64,000 nt of DNA from the sequence record SRR20825019_235. The stretch is one strand, 5' to 3'. Positions 38,102 through 52,095 of the stretch are shown in pieces; the stretch's first letter is position 1; the number at the start of each line of letters is the position of its first letter. Position numbers and translations under genes: made by a program. The notes below the pieces were generated by a model. The model ran no database searches. It had not been told where the DNA came from and was given only the letters and a program-made list of their open reading frames with translations.

Positions 38102-39469
38102 ATGATTGACAATAGAGAAAGAAATATAGAAAATGAACGCAATGCCGTTTTTGGAGAAAAGAAGCAAGTAAAATTGATTTCACCGTGTAGTGCCGATAAT
38201 GGAATCATCCAATTGTCTCCTGAGCAATTACTCAGAATTCAAGGCAAATGGTCGCAGGTAGAGGGAAGTAAAGCATTTTTTGTTCCGGCTTCGGGCTCGG
38301 GTTCAAGGATGTTTGGCTTTTTGTTTGAGTTTCTTAAGACTGGCGAAGGATCCGTGGAATCGAGAACGTTTTTTGAACATTTTAACGAACTAGCGTTGTC
38401 GAAAGTTCTTCCAGAAGATTTCTTAATTGATAGAGATAAATCAACAAAATTGAAACTGGCTCATTTTCTGTTAGATAGCGAACAGTTGAATTTGGCAAAT
38501 CAACCAAAAGGGCTTATTCCATTTCACAATTATGAAGAGAAAGGGTTAACGGCTTTTCAAGAACACGTGGCTCAAATTGATGCGATGGAGTTGGAGATTA
38601 ACGATGTTCATTTTACCGTTCAAGAAGGTTTTGAAGAAATAATCAGAGAAAATATTGAAAAAATAGAACCGAAAAAGTCTACGCGGATTTCATTTTCAAA
38701 TCAATCTAAAGAAACAGATGCGTTGTGTTTCGACGAAGAGAAAAATCTTGTTTTTGATGGTGAAGAAGCAATTACAAGGCCTTCTGGGCATGGGGCGTTG
38801 CTCAAAAATCTCAATGAGGTTGATGCGGATGTAATTTGCATTAAGAATGTCGATAATGTACAGCACGGAACTAGAGTTTCAGATGTGAAAGAGATGTGGC
38901 AGACTTTGCTGGGTGTGCTTGCTGAGTTTCTGAGTGAATTAAAGGATGTCAGCGAAGCGAATGATCCTTCGGAAATTAGAGATTTCTGTCTCAAGTACCA
39001 ACTTTGCGAAGAGAATGAGCTTTCGGAAGGGATTGCTAAACTGGTCGCTCGACCTACACGAATTTGTGGAATGGTTAGAAACGAAGGTGAGCCAGGTGGT
39101 GGGCCTTTTTGGGTGGAGAAAAACGGATTGGTTTCAAAACAAATCGTAGAAAAAGTACAGATCGACCCAAGCCAACGTGATATTATGGAAGAAAGCAGTC
39201 ACTTTAATCCTGTACTTATCGTAGCTTCCAAGAGAGGTGTAAACGGAGAGCGATTTGATTTAACGGAATTCTCTGATCCTGAAGAATGCATCATCGTTGA
39301 GAAAGATCACAATGGACAAAAAGTAAAGTACAGAGAGTTACCAGGTCTTTGGAATGGAGGAATGGCAAATTGGAACACTATTTTTGTCGAAGTTTCTTCC
39401 GCTGCGTTTAGTCCTGTGAAGCACGTGCTTAATCTACTAGACGATGCGCATCTTCCAAAGGGAAAATGA
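38102..39469 (+). CDS. DUF4301 family protein
   Basis: FVPASGSGSRMF, PKGLIPFH, RPSGHGAL, KNVDNV, GEPGGGPFW, ELPGLWNGGMA.W; start trimmed to MIDNR. Confidence 0.9.
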   Translation: MIDNRERNIENERNAVFGEKKQVKLISPCSADNGIIQLSPEQLLRIQGKWSQVEGSKAFFVPASGSGSRMFGFLFEFLKTGEGSVESRTFFEHFNELALSKVLPEDFLIDRDKSTKLKLAHFLLDSEQLNLANQPKGLIPFHNYEEKGLTAFQEHVAQIDAMELEINDVHFTVQEGFEEIIRENIEKIEPKKSTRISFSNQSKETDALCFDEEKNLVFDGEEAITRPSGHGALLKNLNEVDADVICIKNVDNVQHGTRVSDVKEMWQTLLGVLAEFLSELKDVSEANDPSEIRDFCLKYQLCEENELSEGIAKLVARPTRICGMVRNEGEPGGGPFWVEKNGLVSKQIVEKVQIDPSQRDIMEESSHFNPVLIVASKRGVNGERFDLTEFSDPEECIIVEKDHNGQKVKYRELPGLWNGGMANWNTIFVEVSSAAFSPVKHVLNLLDDAHLPKGK

Positions 39470-39495
39470 GTAGGAAGCAATCAAGAAAATTTCGA

Positions 39496-40416
39496 TTAAT
39501 GTAGTTTTTGCCTCTTTAGCAGGTATTTCAAAAGAACGTCGTTAAATCCTTTCGCGATATCAGCGGTCATAAAATCAATGTGATAATCTGCACATTTCAT
39601 TTGAATCTGATTAAAGTATTTTTTAATCGAACTTGAGTAATGTTCCTTGAGCTGATTTGGCTGCAATTTGATTTTCTCCCCAGTCTCCATGTCCACCAAA
39701 TTATAGGGACGATTTTCCAAGTTGAAGTCAATTTCTGTCTTCGTATCTGAGACATGGAACACAATCACCTCATGTTTATTGTGCTTGAGATGCTGCAACG
39801 CTCGGAAAAATTCTTCACTTTTCGATGGATCATCTAATAAATCAGAGAAAATAATAATCAAACTTCGCTGATGACAGAGTTCAGCGATCTCATGAAGCGA
39901 CTCAACTGTTGACGTTGTTTTTTGCTCCGCTTTGTTGTGACGATGCAAGTGCTTCTCTAATTCTCCGTATAAGTAACGATGATGTCGAACAGAGGATTTC
40001 GCTGCTGTATGCGTCTCTAATCGATCTGTGAAAAGTGAAACTCCCACAGCATCTCGTTGCTTTTTGAGTAATTCAATTATGGAAGCTGCCGCATAGACAG
40101 AAAATTCCAGTTTGTTGTCCTCTTTATCCGCTGGATATAGCATGGAAGACGAACAATCGATCACTATTTGACAACGAAGATTTGTTTCTTCTTCATACTT
40201 TTTGGTGAACAATTTATCTGTTTTACCATAAAGTTTCCAGTCGATGTGTCGCGTAGATTCGCCCTTGTTATACGATCGATGCTCAGCAAACTCAACGGAA
40301 AATCCATGAAACGGGCTTTTGTGCAAGCCAGTAATAAATCCTTCAACAACTTGTTTGGCAAGAAGTTCAAGATTCCCAAAAAGGGCAAGTTTTCCGCGTT
40401 GTATTTGAGCGCTCAT
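39496..40416 (-). CDS. DUF58 (vWA-like, MoxR-associated) protein
   Basis: GLHKSPFHGFSVEFAEHR.Y, IDWK, IDCSSSM. Confidence 0.92.
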   Translation of the reverse strand: MSAQIQRGKLALFGNLELLAKQVVEGFITGLHKSPFHGFSVEFAEHRSYNKGESTRHIDWKLYGKTDKLFTKKYEEETNLRCQIVIDCSSSMLYPADKEDNKLEFSVYAAASIIELLKKQRDAVGVSLFTDRLETHTAAKSSVRHHRYLYGELEKHLHRHNKAEQKTTSTVESLHEIAELCHQRSLIIIFSDLLDDPSKSEEFFRALQHLKHNKHEVIVFHVSDTKTEIDFNLENRPYNLVDMETGEKIKLQPNQLKEHYSSSIKKYFNQIQMKCADYHIDFMTADIAKGFNDVLLKYLLKRQKLH

Positions 40417-40445
40417 TCAGCTAAAGTTAATAAAATATCAAAATG

Positions 40446-41357
40446 CTACCGCCGTTTTCTTAGGATCGCATTGCCAATAACTCCAGAAACGGTTAAAATC
40501 ATTCCAATATTGATGATTAAACTAAGCGTTTCATCGAATACAAAGAAGCCAATAGAGAAGGCGTAAATGGCTCCCAAATATTGAAATGGCGTAATAACTG
40601 ACGCGGAACCTTCATGAAGGGCTTTGGTTAGCAAGATTTGAGCAAACTGGGTAAAAAGACCGATAATTAAGAGGTATAACCATTCAATTCCAATGGGAAC
40701 TGTGAAGTCAAAGAAGCACAGGATGGTCATTAAAGGAATCGCGATAATCGGGAAATAAAAAACGATCGTTATCGGAGCATCCGTAGTCTTCAGTTTCATT
40801 ATAGCGGTATAGGCAATCCCTGAAAAAACCGCTGAGATTAATCCCATTCCCATCCAGAAAAAGGAGATTTTATCTATTACCTGACTCGCTACAACAGGAA
40901 TTGGATGATTGGAAAACTGATCTAAAACAATGAGGCAAACTCCACTGAATGAAATAAGAATGAACATCCATTGAATTAGACGGACCTTTTCTTTCAGAAT
41001 GATCATGGCTAAAATCACCGTGAAAACGGGAGCTAAATATTGAAAAATACTCGCTACAGCAAGCGGTAATACATGAATGGTATAGAAGAAAATAGTTAAT
41101 GCGATAGTACCAGAAAGACCTCTGATCAGGAGCCATTTCGTATTGTTTCCTTTGAGTGGAAGCTTTTTTCTTCGAATAATTACGTAACTCAAAGCAGCAG
41201 AAACTAATGATCTTGCCAATACTAACTCGTGACCTGGATATTCTTGAAGTTCTCCGAAAAAAGGAATTGAAGCACCTGTCCCAAGGAGTTTCACAAAGAA
41301 ATTTACCACTGTAAAGCACAATCCTGATAGAATTATGAATAAAATTCCTTTGTTCAT
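40446..41357 (-). CDS. DMT/EamA-family transporter
   Basis: About 10 TM segments; P.FT..LA...LKEK; TATTTTTG promoter at 41362-41369. Confidence 0.9.
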   Translation of the reverse strand: MNKGILFIILSGLCFTVVNFFVKLLGTGASIPFFGELQEYPGHELVLARSLVSAALSYVIIRRKKLPLKGNNTKWLLIRGLSGTIALTIFFYTIHVLPLAVASIFQYLAPVFTVILAMIILKEKVRLIQWMFILISFSGVCLIVLDQFSNHPIPVVASQVIDKISFFWMGMGLISAVFSGIAYTAIMKLKTTDAPITIVFYFPIIAIPLMTILCFFDFTVPIGIEWLYLLIIGLFTQFAQILLTKALHEGSASVITPFQYLGAIYAFSIGFFVFDETLSLIINIGMILTVSGVIGNAILRKRR

Positions 41358-41432
41358 CGGGCAAAAATACCGTTAATCTTCAATTCGACGCCTCACAAAA
41401 TCAAAATTTAATTGGTAGTTTAGCGTTATAAG

Positions 41433-42089
41433 ATGATGAACAGATTTACGATCATAGTTGGACTGCTGTCAAGCCTAAGTTTTAGTGCTGGCGCGCAAGG
41501 AATTGAGCCTAAATTCTCATATAATATCGAGCTCGCACTTCCAGTAGCAATGGGCAACAAGCCCTTTAATGACATTATGCAAGGACTTGTTAATGTTTCA
41601 ACGTACGGACAGTATAGTTTTCCGTTTCATTTTCACGTTGGTGCAGGAGTGAAATACTCATATCTGACAATCAATGAATTTAGTGTTCCATCTCCGAGAT
41701 ATGGAGGTGTACACACAGGCGCGGCATTCGTGAAAGTGGGATACGATAAATTTCATAGTGAACGATTTGCAACAGATTACGGAGTGAAAGTAGGCTATTC
41801 CCAAAATTACTTTTATACCTTTTTAGATAAGGAAAAGGAGACAACGACCATTCAAATAAATGCCCCAATTGTCGAAGGTACAATAAGCCTTATTCTTACG
41901 GCAGATGAGCGAAATTCTTATCGTTGGGTAATCGGATACGGAGTTCAAGGCTATGGATTTAGACCGCAGAATATTGGACTTCAATCCAATGAAGGTTACG
42001 ACACGGCAAATTTTAATAAGTTAACGAACTACTTAATCGTAGGATTCGGGTATACTTATTACTTCCGAAAGGGAAAATCTAGCGAGTAA
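41433..42089 (+). CDS. Outer-membrane beta-barrel hypothetical protein
   Basis: Signal peptide ending AGAQ; aromatic-rich amphipathic strands, GFGYTYYF. Confidence 0.65.
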   Translation: MMNRFTIIVGLLSSLSFSAGAQGIEPKFSYNIELALPVAMGNKPFNDIMQGLVNVSTYGQYSFPFHFHVGAGVKYSYLTINEFSVPSPRYGGVHTGAAFVKVGYDKFHSERFATDYGVKVGYSQNYFYTFLDKEKETTTIQINAPIVEGTISLILTADERNSYRWVIGYGVQGYGFRPQNIGLQSNEGYDTANFNKLTNYLIVGFGYTYYFRKGKSSE

Positions 42090-42090
42090 A

Positions 42091-45419
<3,329 letters not shown>

Positions 45420-45423
<4 letters not shown>

Positions 45424-46298
45424 ATAATCCATTTAAAGGAACAGGAGTGGCTTTGGTTACGCCTTTCAACAGCGACCTTTCGATTGATTTCGAAGGATTA
45501 AGAAAACTAGTGAACTATCAGGTGGAAAATGGAACCGATTTTTTAGTTGTTCAAGGGACAACGGGAGAATCTCCAACGCTTTCCACTGCTGAGAAAATGG
45601 AAGTTTTGGAAGTTGTTCGTGATGAAAACAAGAACAGGTTGCCAATTGTGTTCGGTTTGGGCGGAAACAATACGCACGCCATCGCAGAATCATTTAGAAA
45701 TTTGCCAAAGGGAATTGACGGAATTTTGTCGGTGTCTCCTTACTACAATAAACCAATTCAAAAGGGAATTATAGAGCATTACAAGTACATCGCGTCACAT
45801 ACTGACTTACCAATCATTTTGTACAATGTTCCTGGTAGAACGGGTTCAAATATGACCGCGGAGACTACGTTAGAATTGGCAAAAGTGCCAAACATCGTAG
45901 CGATGAAAGAAGCTTCGGGAAGTATGACCCAAATTATGGAGATTCTTCGCCAAAAGCCAGATGGATTTGGCGTTTTGTCAGGTGATGATGCACTTACGCT
46001 TTCAATGATTTCTTTGGGTGCGGAAGGTGTTATTTCGGTTGTTGCAAATGCTTTTCCAAAGAAATTCAGCCAAATGGTTTCTGCAGCAATGTCAGATAAC
46101 TTAAACGTTGCGAGACCGATACATTTCGATTTACTTCCTGTTACCGACATGTTTTTCGAAGAAGGAAATCCAGGTGGAGTGAAAGTTGCATTGGAGGAAA
46201 TGAACATAATGAAACCAATCATGCGCCCACCGTTATATTCTGTGTCTAGTGAATTAGAAGCGCGAATTAAGGCAGAGACAAAAAGATTGATAAACTAA
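45420..46298 (+). CDS. dapA: 4-hydroxy-tetrahydrodipicolinate synthase
   Basis: ALVTPF, GTTGES, PYYNKP, LYNVPGRTG, KEASG. Confidence 0.96.
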
Positions 46299-46301
46299 TT
46301 A

Positions 46302-47309
46302 ATGAAAGAAGCTATCCAGATTGTCGAGTGGATTAAATCCTCCGAAAAAATTGTTATTACCAGTCATCGATCGCCAGATGGTGACTCGATTGGGAGTTCT
46401 CTTGGACTCTATCATTTCATTGAAGCGATAGGGAAGAAGGCGCAAGTGTGTCATCCAGATCCATGCCCAAGTTTTTTGAACTGGATGAAGGGAGATGTGC
46501 AAATCGTTGATTTTGATACGAATCCTGACGAGGTTAAAACAGCTCTGAATGAAGCAGACTTGATTTTTTGCTTGGATTACAACGGCGCGCATCGACTCGG
46601 AAACGATATGGGAGAAGTGTTAACAGCTTCTAAAGGAAAGAAAGTGATGATTGATCACCACTTGAATCCAGATGATTTTGTTGATTTGGCTGTTTCCGAA
46701 CCTCATATTTGCTCTACTTCTCAGCTGATTTTGGAATTAATTATCGCTTCAGGAAACGAAACATTATTGAATGAAACAATTGGAACACCTCTGTATCTTG
46801 GAATTGTAACAGATACTGGCTCTTTCAGATTCGATTCTGTTGATGCAAGAACGCACCAGTTAGTAGCGAAGTTAATAGAGTCAGGCGTTCAACACGCGCG
46901 TGTACACGAGAATACATTCGACACAAATACCGTGGATCGCCTAAAGTTGAGAGGATATGCAATCGTCGAGAAACTTGAATTATTAGAGAATCAAACAATT
47001 GCGATTGTGTGGCTCACAACGGATGAATTGGAGCGATTTAATCATGAGAAAGGAGATACAGAAGGATTGGTAAATATTGCGCTTTCCATCAATGGAGTGC
47101 AGGTGGCAATTTTTCTTTCTGAAAGCGACGGTCGTGTAAAAATGTCCTTCCGATCAAAAGGAGTTGTGCCAGTAAATGAGTTTTCTTCGAAACATTTTGA
47201 AGGTGGTGGACATAAAAACGCAGCTGGAGGAGTAAGTTATCTGTCAATGTCTGAAACGCTCATTAAATTGAAGAAATACCTTCCTGAATTAAACATGAAA
47301 CATGTATAA
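46302..47309 (+). CDS. nrnA: DHH-family oligoribonuclease/PAP phosphatase
   Basis: HRSPDGDSIGS, IDHH, DTGSF, SFRS, GGGHKNAAG. Confidence 0.92.
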   Translation: MKEAIQIVEWIKSSEKIVITSHRSPDGDSIGSSLGLYHFIEAIGKKAQVCHPDPCPSFLNWMKGDVQIVDFDTNPDEVKTALNEADLIFCLDYNGAHRLGNDMGEVLTASKGKKVMIDHHLNPDDFVDLAVSEPHICSTSQLILELIIASGNETLLNETIGTPLYLGIVTDTGSFRFDSVDARTHQLVAKLIESGVQHARVHENTFDTNTVDRLKLRGYAIVEKLELLENQTIAIVWLTTDELERFNHEKGDTEGLVNIALSINGVQVAIFLSESDGRVKMSFRSKGVVPVNEFSSKHFEGGGHKNAAGGVSYLSMSETLIKLKKYLPELNMKHV

Positions 47310-47826
47310 AACAATTGCTTTTCTTTTTGTCGTCATTGCCGTAGTCACTGGTTGTTCAAATGAACCAGAAGTGGAGAAAAGTCCAGAAATTAACTGGACG
47401 AAGGAAAACTCTACGGACATGAGTAAAAGAATCGCTGAACAAGAGGAAATCGATATCAATCTGTATCTAGGAATGCGCAAGAATTGGAAAATGACCAAAA
47501 CCGGCAGTGGCTTGCGTTACTATATCTATGAAAATGGGGATGGAGCATCACCTAAATCGGATGATATTGCTCAAATAGAATACAAAATTTCCCTACTTGA
47601 TGGCACAGAATGCTATAAAACAGAAGCTGATGAATTCGAAGAGCTTTTGGTAGATAAAAGTGATGTAGAGACAGGAATTCAAGAGGGAATAAAAAATATG
47701 AAAGTGGGAGATAAAGCCAAATTAATTGTCCCAAGTCACTTAGGACATGGTTTAATTGGCGATAGAGATAAAATCCCACCAATGAATACGTTAGTGATAG
47801 ATGTACACTTATTAGGAATAAAATGA
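47302..47826 (+). CDS. FKBP-type peptidyl-prolyl isomerase lipoprotein (GldI-like)
   Basis: Lipobox VTGC; TGSGLRY, GIQEGIKNMKVGDKAKLIVPSHLGHG..GD..KIPP. Confidence 0.85.
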   Translation: MYKTIAFLFVVIAVVTGCSNEPEVEKSPEINWTKENSTDMSKRIAEQEEIDINLYLGMRKNWKMTKTGSGLRYYIYENGDGASPKSDDIAQIEYKISLLDGTECYKTEADEFEELLVDKSDVETGIQEGIKNMKVGDKAKLIVPSHLGHGLIGDRDKIPPMNTLVIDVHLLGIK

Positions 47827-48677
47827 AATTGATTAAAAATGTTAGTTGGATGTTGGCAGGTATACTGCTAATTGCCTGTGAAGAAACTCCAAAAGAAGTG
47901 GTGAAAGCGACGCCAAAAACAAAGGAGGCAGCAATCACAGCTCCAGTTAGTAACAAGCTGGATGAGAAAAAACCGGTGAGTGATACGCTAATTATGGATA
48001 ACGGAATTGTCATCAAATGGTTTAAGCATGGAAAAGGAGTTCCGTTGAAACGTGGTGACATGGTAGCCATCGATTATAAAGTTGAACTAGAGAACGGAGA
48101 ATTAGTAGATGGAAATCGTCTAAATGGAAAGGAAAATATTCCGTTCATGGTTGGCTTCGGAATGCAAACTGCTGGTTGGGATATCGCTATGACAGAGTTG
48201 TTGGTAGGTGATTTTGTTGAGATTTTTCTACCGAGTAATTTAGCGCGTGGAGAAAAAGGAATTCCAGGACTTATTCCACCAAATTCGTCTAATACACTAA
48301 AAATTCGAGTGGTGAAGAGAATGTTACCAACAAGAACCATCGATGGTAATAAAGTGTGGGTGTTTGAGGAAAACAAGAAAAACATTGAGAAATTCGATGA
48401 AGGCAAAAAAATCGAATTTCATTGCATGGTTTCAACCCCGTCAAATCCACTTTATGTAAACACATTTAGAGAAAATCAACCATTCAATTTGAGTTTAATG
48501 GATTCTGGAGTCGTTCCTGGACTTAAAAAAGCGTTAATTAATGCTAAAAAGTCAGACAGAATGATGGTGCTTGTACCAGCCTCGGAAGCCTATAAATCAA
48601 AGGGATACCTAGATCAGGTAAAGCCGAATGAAGATATTCTATATAATATCCTTGTAATGAACGTAATAGCTGAATAG
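47823..48677 (+). CDS. Tandem FKBP-domain PPIase lipoprotein
   Basis: Lipobox LIAC; two FKBP-like segments (GWD.AM...LPSNLARG..GIPGLIPP; VVPGLKKAL...VPASEAY). Confidence 0.82.
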   Translation: MKLIKNVSWMLAGILLIACEETPKEVVKATPKTKEAAITAPVSNKLDEKKPVSDTLIMDNGIVIKWFKHGKGVPLKRGDMVAIDYKVELENGELVDGNRLNGKENIPFMVGFGMQTAGWDIAMTELLVGDFVEIFLPSNLARGEKGIPGLIPPNSSNTLKIRVVKRMLPTRTIDGNKVWVFEENKKNIEKFDEGKKIEFHCMVSTPSNPLYVNTFRENQPFNLSLMDSGVVPGLKKALINAKKSDRMMVLVPASEAYKSKGYLDQVKPNEDILYNILVMNVIAE

Positions 48678-48727
48678 AATCAATTTTCTATCTTTGCAAA
48701 ATTAAACCAGCTCGGAAATACACAATT

Positions 48728-49678
48728 ATGCGTACTTTTTTTCAGACATTTTTCTTTATTCTCTTCACTCAGCTCTGCACAGCACAAGAGGTTCTCGACA
48801 CGATTTACACCGAAGCCGGAACGATGATTGTCTATAAAGATAGGACGTGGGTATATTTAGAAGACATGAATTTTGATGGTGTTCTGAATGAACGTGTCGC
48901 TACAATCGTCGATAAAGATTCAAACTTGAACCTAATTCAAACGTGGGATAACGATGTGTGCTATACTTCCCAGTTAGCAAATGACCTTTCAAAACTTCGC
49001 GATACTATTTGGATTTGTTTGCAAGACAGTTTGGAAAATGGCTTCGTAATGCCGTTCGACGGGATTATTACTTCAAGATACGGCTGGAGAAGAGGACGCT
49101 ATCACAATGGAACTGACATCGACCTGAACACAGGAGATACAGTTCGTGCAGCGTGGTCTGGAAAAGTTAGATACGCAAAATTCAACGATCACGGTTTTGG
49201 AAACCTAGTAATTATCCGTCATCACAACGGATTAGAAACGTTTTATGCTCACTTAAGTAAACATTTAGTAGCTCCAAACCAAGAAGTGAAAGCTGGAGAT
49301 GTAATTGGACTCGGAGGAAATACTGGACATTCTTACGGTTCTCACCTTCATTTTGAAGTGCGTTTTTACGATGCACCAATGGATCCTGAGCAACTCATCG
49401 ATTTTTCAAAGAAGAACATCAAGGATCCTAACTTCATGATTCATGCGAAGCTATTCCGCCCTGGAGAAAGAGCTTCTAACTCGAATGCAGTTGCTTCAAC
49501 AGGTACAAGTGGTTCATCCACCAACTCAGCGAGTAGAAAATATTATAAAGTTCGTTCTGGAGATACACTCTCGGCAATTGCACAAAAGAATAGAACAACC
49601 GTTTCTAAACTTTGCCAATTGAACGGGATTCGCCCAACAACCGTCTTACAAATCGGTAAGAACTTACGCGTAAGATAA
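48728..49678 (+). CDS. M23 metallopeptidase with LysM domain
   Basis: HNGTD, YAHLS, GSHLHFEVR; YKVRSGDTLSAIA; TATCTTTG promoter at 48689-48696. Confidence 0.93.
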   Translation: MRTFFQTFFFILFTQLCTAQEVLDTIYTEAGTMIVYKDRTWVYLEDMNFDGVLNERVATIVDKDSNLNLIQTWDNDVCYTSQLANDLSKLRDTIWICLQDSLENGFVMPFDGIITSRYGWRRGRYHNGTDIDLNTGDTVRAAWSGKVRYAKFNDHGFGNLVIIRHHNGLETFYAHLSKHLVAPNQEVKAGDVIGLGGNTGHSYGSHLHFEVRFYDAPMDPEQLIDFSKKNIKDPNFMIHAKLFRPGERASNSNAVASTGTSGSSTNSASRKYYKVRSGDTLSAIAQKNRTTVSKLCQLNGIRPTTVLQIGKNLRVR

Positions 49679-49737
49679 ATTAGTTCATTTTACCAGCTTA
49701 ACACACGTTAACAGGTTTTTGTAGTATTTTTGATTCA

Positions 49738-50553
49738 ATGAAAAAAATCGTATTTCTTCCCCTCTTTACATTGCTCGCACTTTTTGGGTGCTCTGAATAC
49801 AACAAAGTACTTAAATCTGATGATTACGGTGCTAAGTTTGATATGGCAAATGCCAAGTTCGAAAGCAATAAAAAATCGGAAATGCTCCGGTCTGTAGCGC
49901 TTTATGAACAAATTTATCAGCGCTTTCCTAAGCAGGGAGAAGGTGAATTGGCCTATTTCAGAATTGGAAAAGCGTATTATTTGAATAGCGATTATTACAT
50001 GGCAGGTTATTATTTAGGAGTATTTCCTCAAAGATTTCCTTACAGTCCAAAATCCGAAGAAGCTTATTTTTTAAGCGCAATGTGTTCTGTGAACAATTCT
50101 CCAGAATGGTCTTTGGATCAAATAGAAACAGAAGTTGCGATCAATAACTTGCAACAATTTGTTGACCGTTATCCTAGCTCAGAATTGGTTGATTCATGTA
50201 ATAATATCATTGACAGACTGCATTTTAAGCTAGAAACGAAATCGTTTGAGTCGATTAAATTGTATTCTAAAACAGAAAACTATCGCGCCGCGGCTAGTGC
50301 ATCAGTTACATTTTTGGCTGAATATCCTATGTCAATGTTTAAGGAGGAAGCGCATTATATTTTAGTGAAGAATTCTTACTATTTAGCAAAAAATAGTGTC
50401 GAGGATAAAAAAATGGAGCGAATCAATGAAACTATTGAAAGATATAGTACTTTTGTAGCTGCGTTTCCTGTGTCAAATTATATAGCGGCATTAGCACCTC
50501 TAAATGACGAGATGAGAGAAGCATTAAAGAATAATATAAGTAGTAAAAATTAA
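49738..50553 (+). CDS. bamD: Outer membrane protein assembly factor BamD
   Basis: Lipobox LFGC-SEYNKVLKS; TPR repeats; LDQ..T..AI..LQ.F..RYP.S; precedes rpoZ. Confidence 0.9.
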   Translation: MKKIVFLPLFTLLALFGCSEYNKVLKSDDYGAKFDMANAKFESNKKSEMLRSVALYEQIYQRFPKQGEGELAYFRIGKAYYLNSDYYMAGYYLGVFPQRFPYSPKSEEAYFLSAMCSVNNSPEWSLDQIETEVAINNLQQFVDRYPSSELVDSCNNIIDRLHFKLETKSFESIKLYSKTENYRAAASASVTFLAEYPMSMFKEEAHYILVKNSYYLAKNSVEDKKMERINETIERYSTFVAAFPVSNYIAALAPLNDEMREALKNNISSKN

Positions 50554-50556
50554 GAT

Positions 50557-50889
50557 ATGAACTTCAAAAATAGCACCGCAGAGAAGTCTACAATCACTCG
50601 TGATACAGTGAACATGGAAAAAGCTACAGAGAACATCTATGAATCGATTGTTGTTTTATCTAAGCGTTCGAACCAATTGAGTTCAGAGTTGAAAGAAGAA
50701 CTTACTCAAAAATTGCAAGAGTTTGCATCTACGACTGATAACCTAGAAGAGATTTTCGAGAATAGAGAGCAAATTGAAATTTCTCGCTTTTACGAAAGAC
50801 TTCCAAAGCCTGTTGCGATGGCAATGGAGGAATTTTTGGATGAGAAAATCTATTGGAGACGTCCTGAAGTAGAGGGTGAAAATAGCTAG
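50557..50889 (+). CDS. rpoZ: RNA polymerase omega subunit (Bacteroidota type)
   Basis: NIYESIV..SKR, LEEIFENREQIEISRFYERLPKP. Confidence 0.92.
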   Translation: MNFKNSTAEKSTITRDTVNMEKATENIYESIVVLSKRSNQLSSELKEELTQKLQEFASTTDNLEEIFENREQIEISRFYERLPKPVAMAMEEFLDEKIYWRRPEVEGENS

Positions 50890-52095
50890 ATGATGCGAGG
50901 GAAGAAAATTCTTCTCGGTATCACAGGTGGAATAGCGGCATATAAAATTACGTTTCTAATCCGCCTTCTTAAGAAATCAGGGGCAGAAGTCAGATGTGTT
51001 TTGACTCCTGCCTCTTCTGATTTTATATCTCCGCTTGTCGTGTCCACGCTCTCGGAAAATCCAGTTGGAATTGAGTTTTGGAGTAAAGATGATGGTTCTT
51101 GGAATAATCATGTTGAATACGGACTTTGGGCTGATCTTTTCGTGATCGCTCCTCTCACCGCAAATACATTAAGTAAATTGGCTTCCGGGTCTTGCGATAA
51201 CTTGCTTTTGGCAACGTATTTATCCATGAAAACGAAAACATTGGTCGCTCCAGCAATGGATTTAGACATGTATGCGCATCCGACCACAACAAGAAATTTG
51301 ACGCAATTAGAAGACGATGGTGTTCTCGTTATTCCTGCTGAAACTGGCGAGCTTGCGAGCGGATTAGAAGGCACAGGACGAATGGCTGAGCCTGAAACTA
51401 TTTTTGCGAAAATCGAAGAGTACTTTTCAAATCAATTGGATCCTTTGTTGAAAGGGAAAAAGGTGTTGATTACAGCTGGACCTACCTATGAAGCGCTCGA
51501 TCCTGTTCGTTTTATTGGAAATCACTCTAGCGGTAAAATGGGATATCAGATCGCTGAACGCTTTTTGGAAGCAGGATCGGAAGTGGTGCTGGTTTCAGGA
51601 CCTACAAAATTAAAGTTGGAACATCCGAATTTAACACTTCGCGCAGTTCAATCGGCTCAGCAAATGTTTGAGGTTGTTCAGAAAGAGTGGAGCTCAAGTC
51701 ATTTTGGTGTTTTCGCTGCTGCGGTTGCGGATTATCGCCCAGCGGATGTCGCTGATCAGAAAATTAAAAAGTCGGATGAAGATTTAACCATTCGTTTTGT
51801 AAAAAATCCTGACCTGCTTAAATGGGCTGGTGAAAATAAAACGGAGAATCAAACGTTAATAGGTTTTGCACTGGAAACGAATGATTTGGAGGAGAATGGA
51901 AGAAAAAAATTGGAGAAAAAGAACCTGAACTTTATCGTCATGAACACATTGGAAGATGATGGCGCAGGATTTGGAGTGGATACGAACAAAATTAGTATCT
52001 TAGATAGTCACAATAATTTTACGACTTTTGAGTTAAAATCGAAGAAAGCTGTCTCACAGGACATCGTAGATTATTTGAAAAAATATATTTCATGA
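50890..52095 (+). CDS. coaBC: Phosphopantothenoylcysteine decarboxylase/synthetase
   Basis: GITGGIAAYK, APAMD..MY, ITAGPT.E.LDPVRFIGNHSSGKMG, AAVADY, GFALET. Confidence 0.97.
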   Translation: MMRGKKILLGITGGIAAYKITFLIRLLKKSGAEVRCVLTPASSDFISPLVVSTLSENPVGIEFWSKDDGSWNNHVEYGLWADLFVIAPLTANTLSKLASGSCDNLLLATYLSMKTKTLVAPAMDLDMYAHPTTTRNLTQLEDDGVLVIPAETGELASGLEGTGRMAEPETIFAKIEEYFSNQLDPLLKGKKVLITAGPTYEALDPVRFIGNHSSGKMGYQIAERFLEAGSEVVLVSGPTKLKLEHPNLTLRAVQSAQQMFEVVQKEWSSSHFGVFAAAVADYRPADVADQKIKKSDEDLTIRFVKNPDLLKWAGENKTENQTLIGFALETNDLEENGRKKLEKKNLNFIVMNTLEDDGAGFGVDTNKISILDSHNNFTTFELKSKKAVSQDIVDYLKKYIS

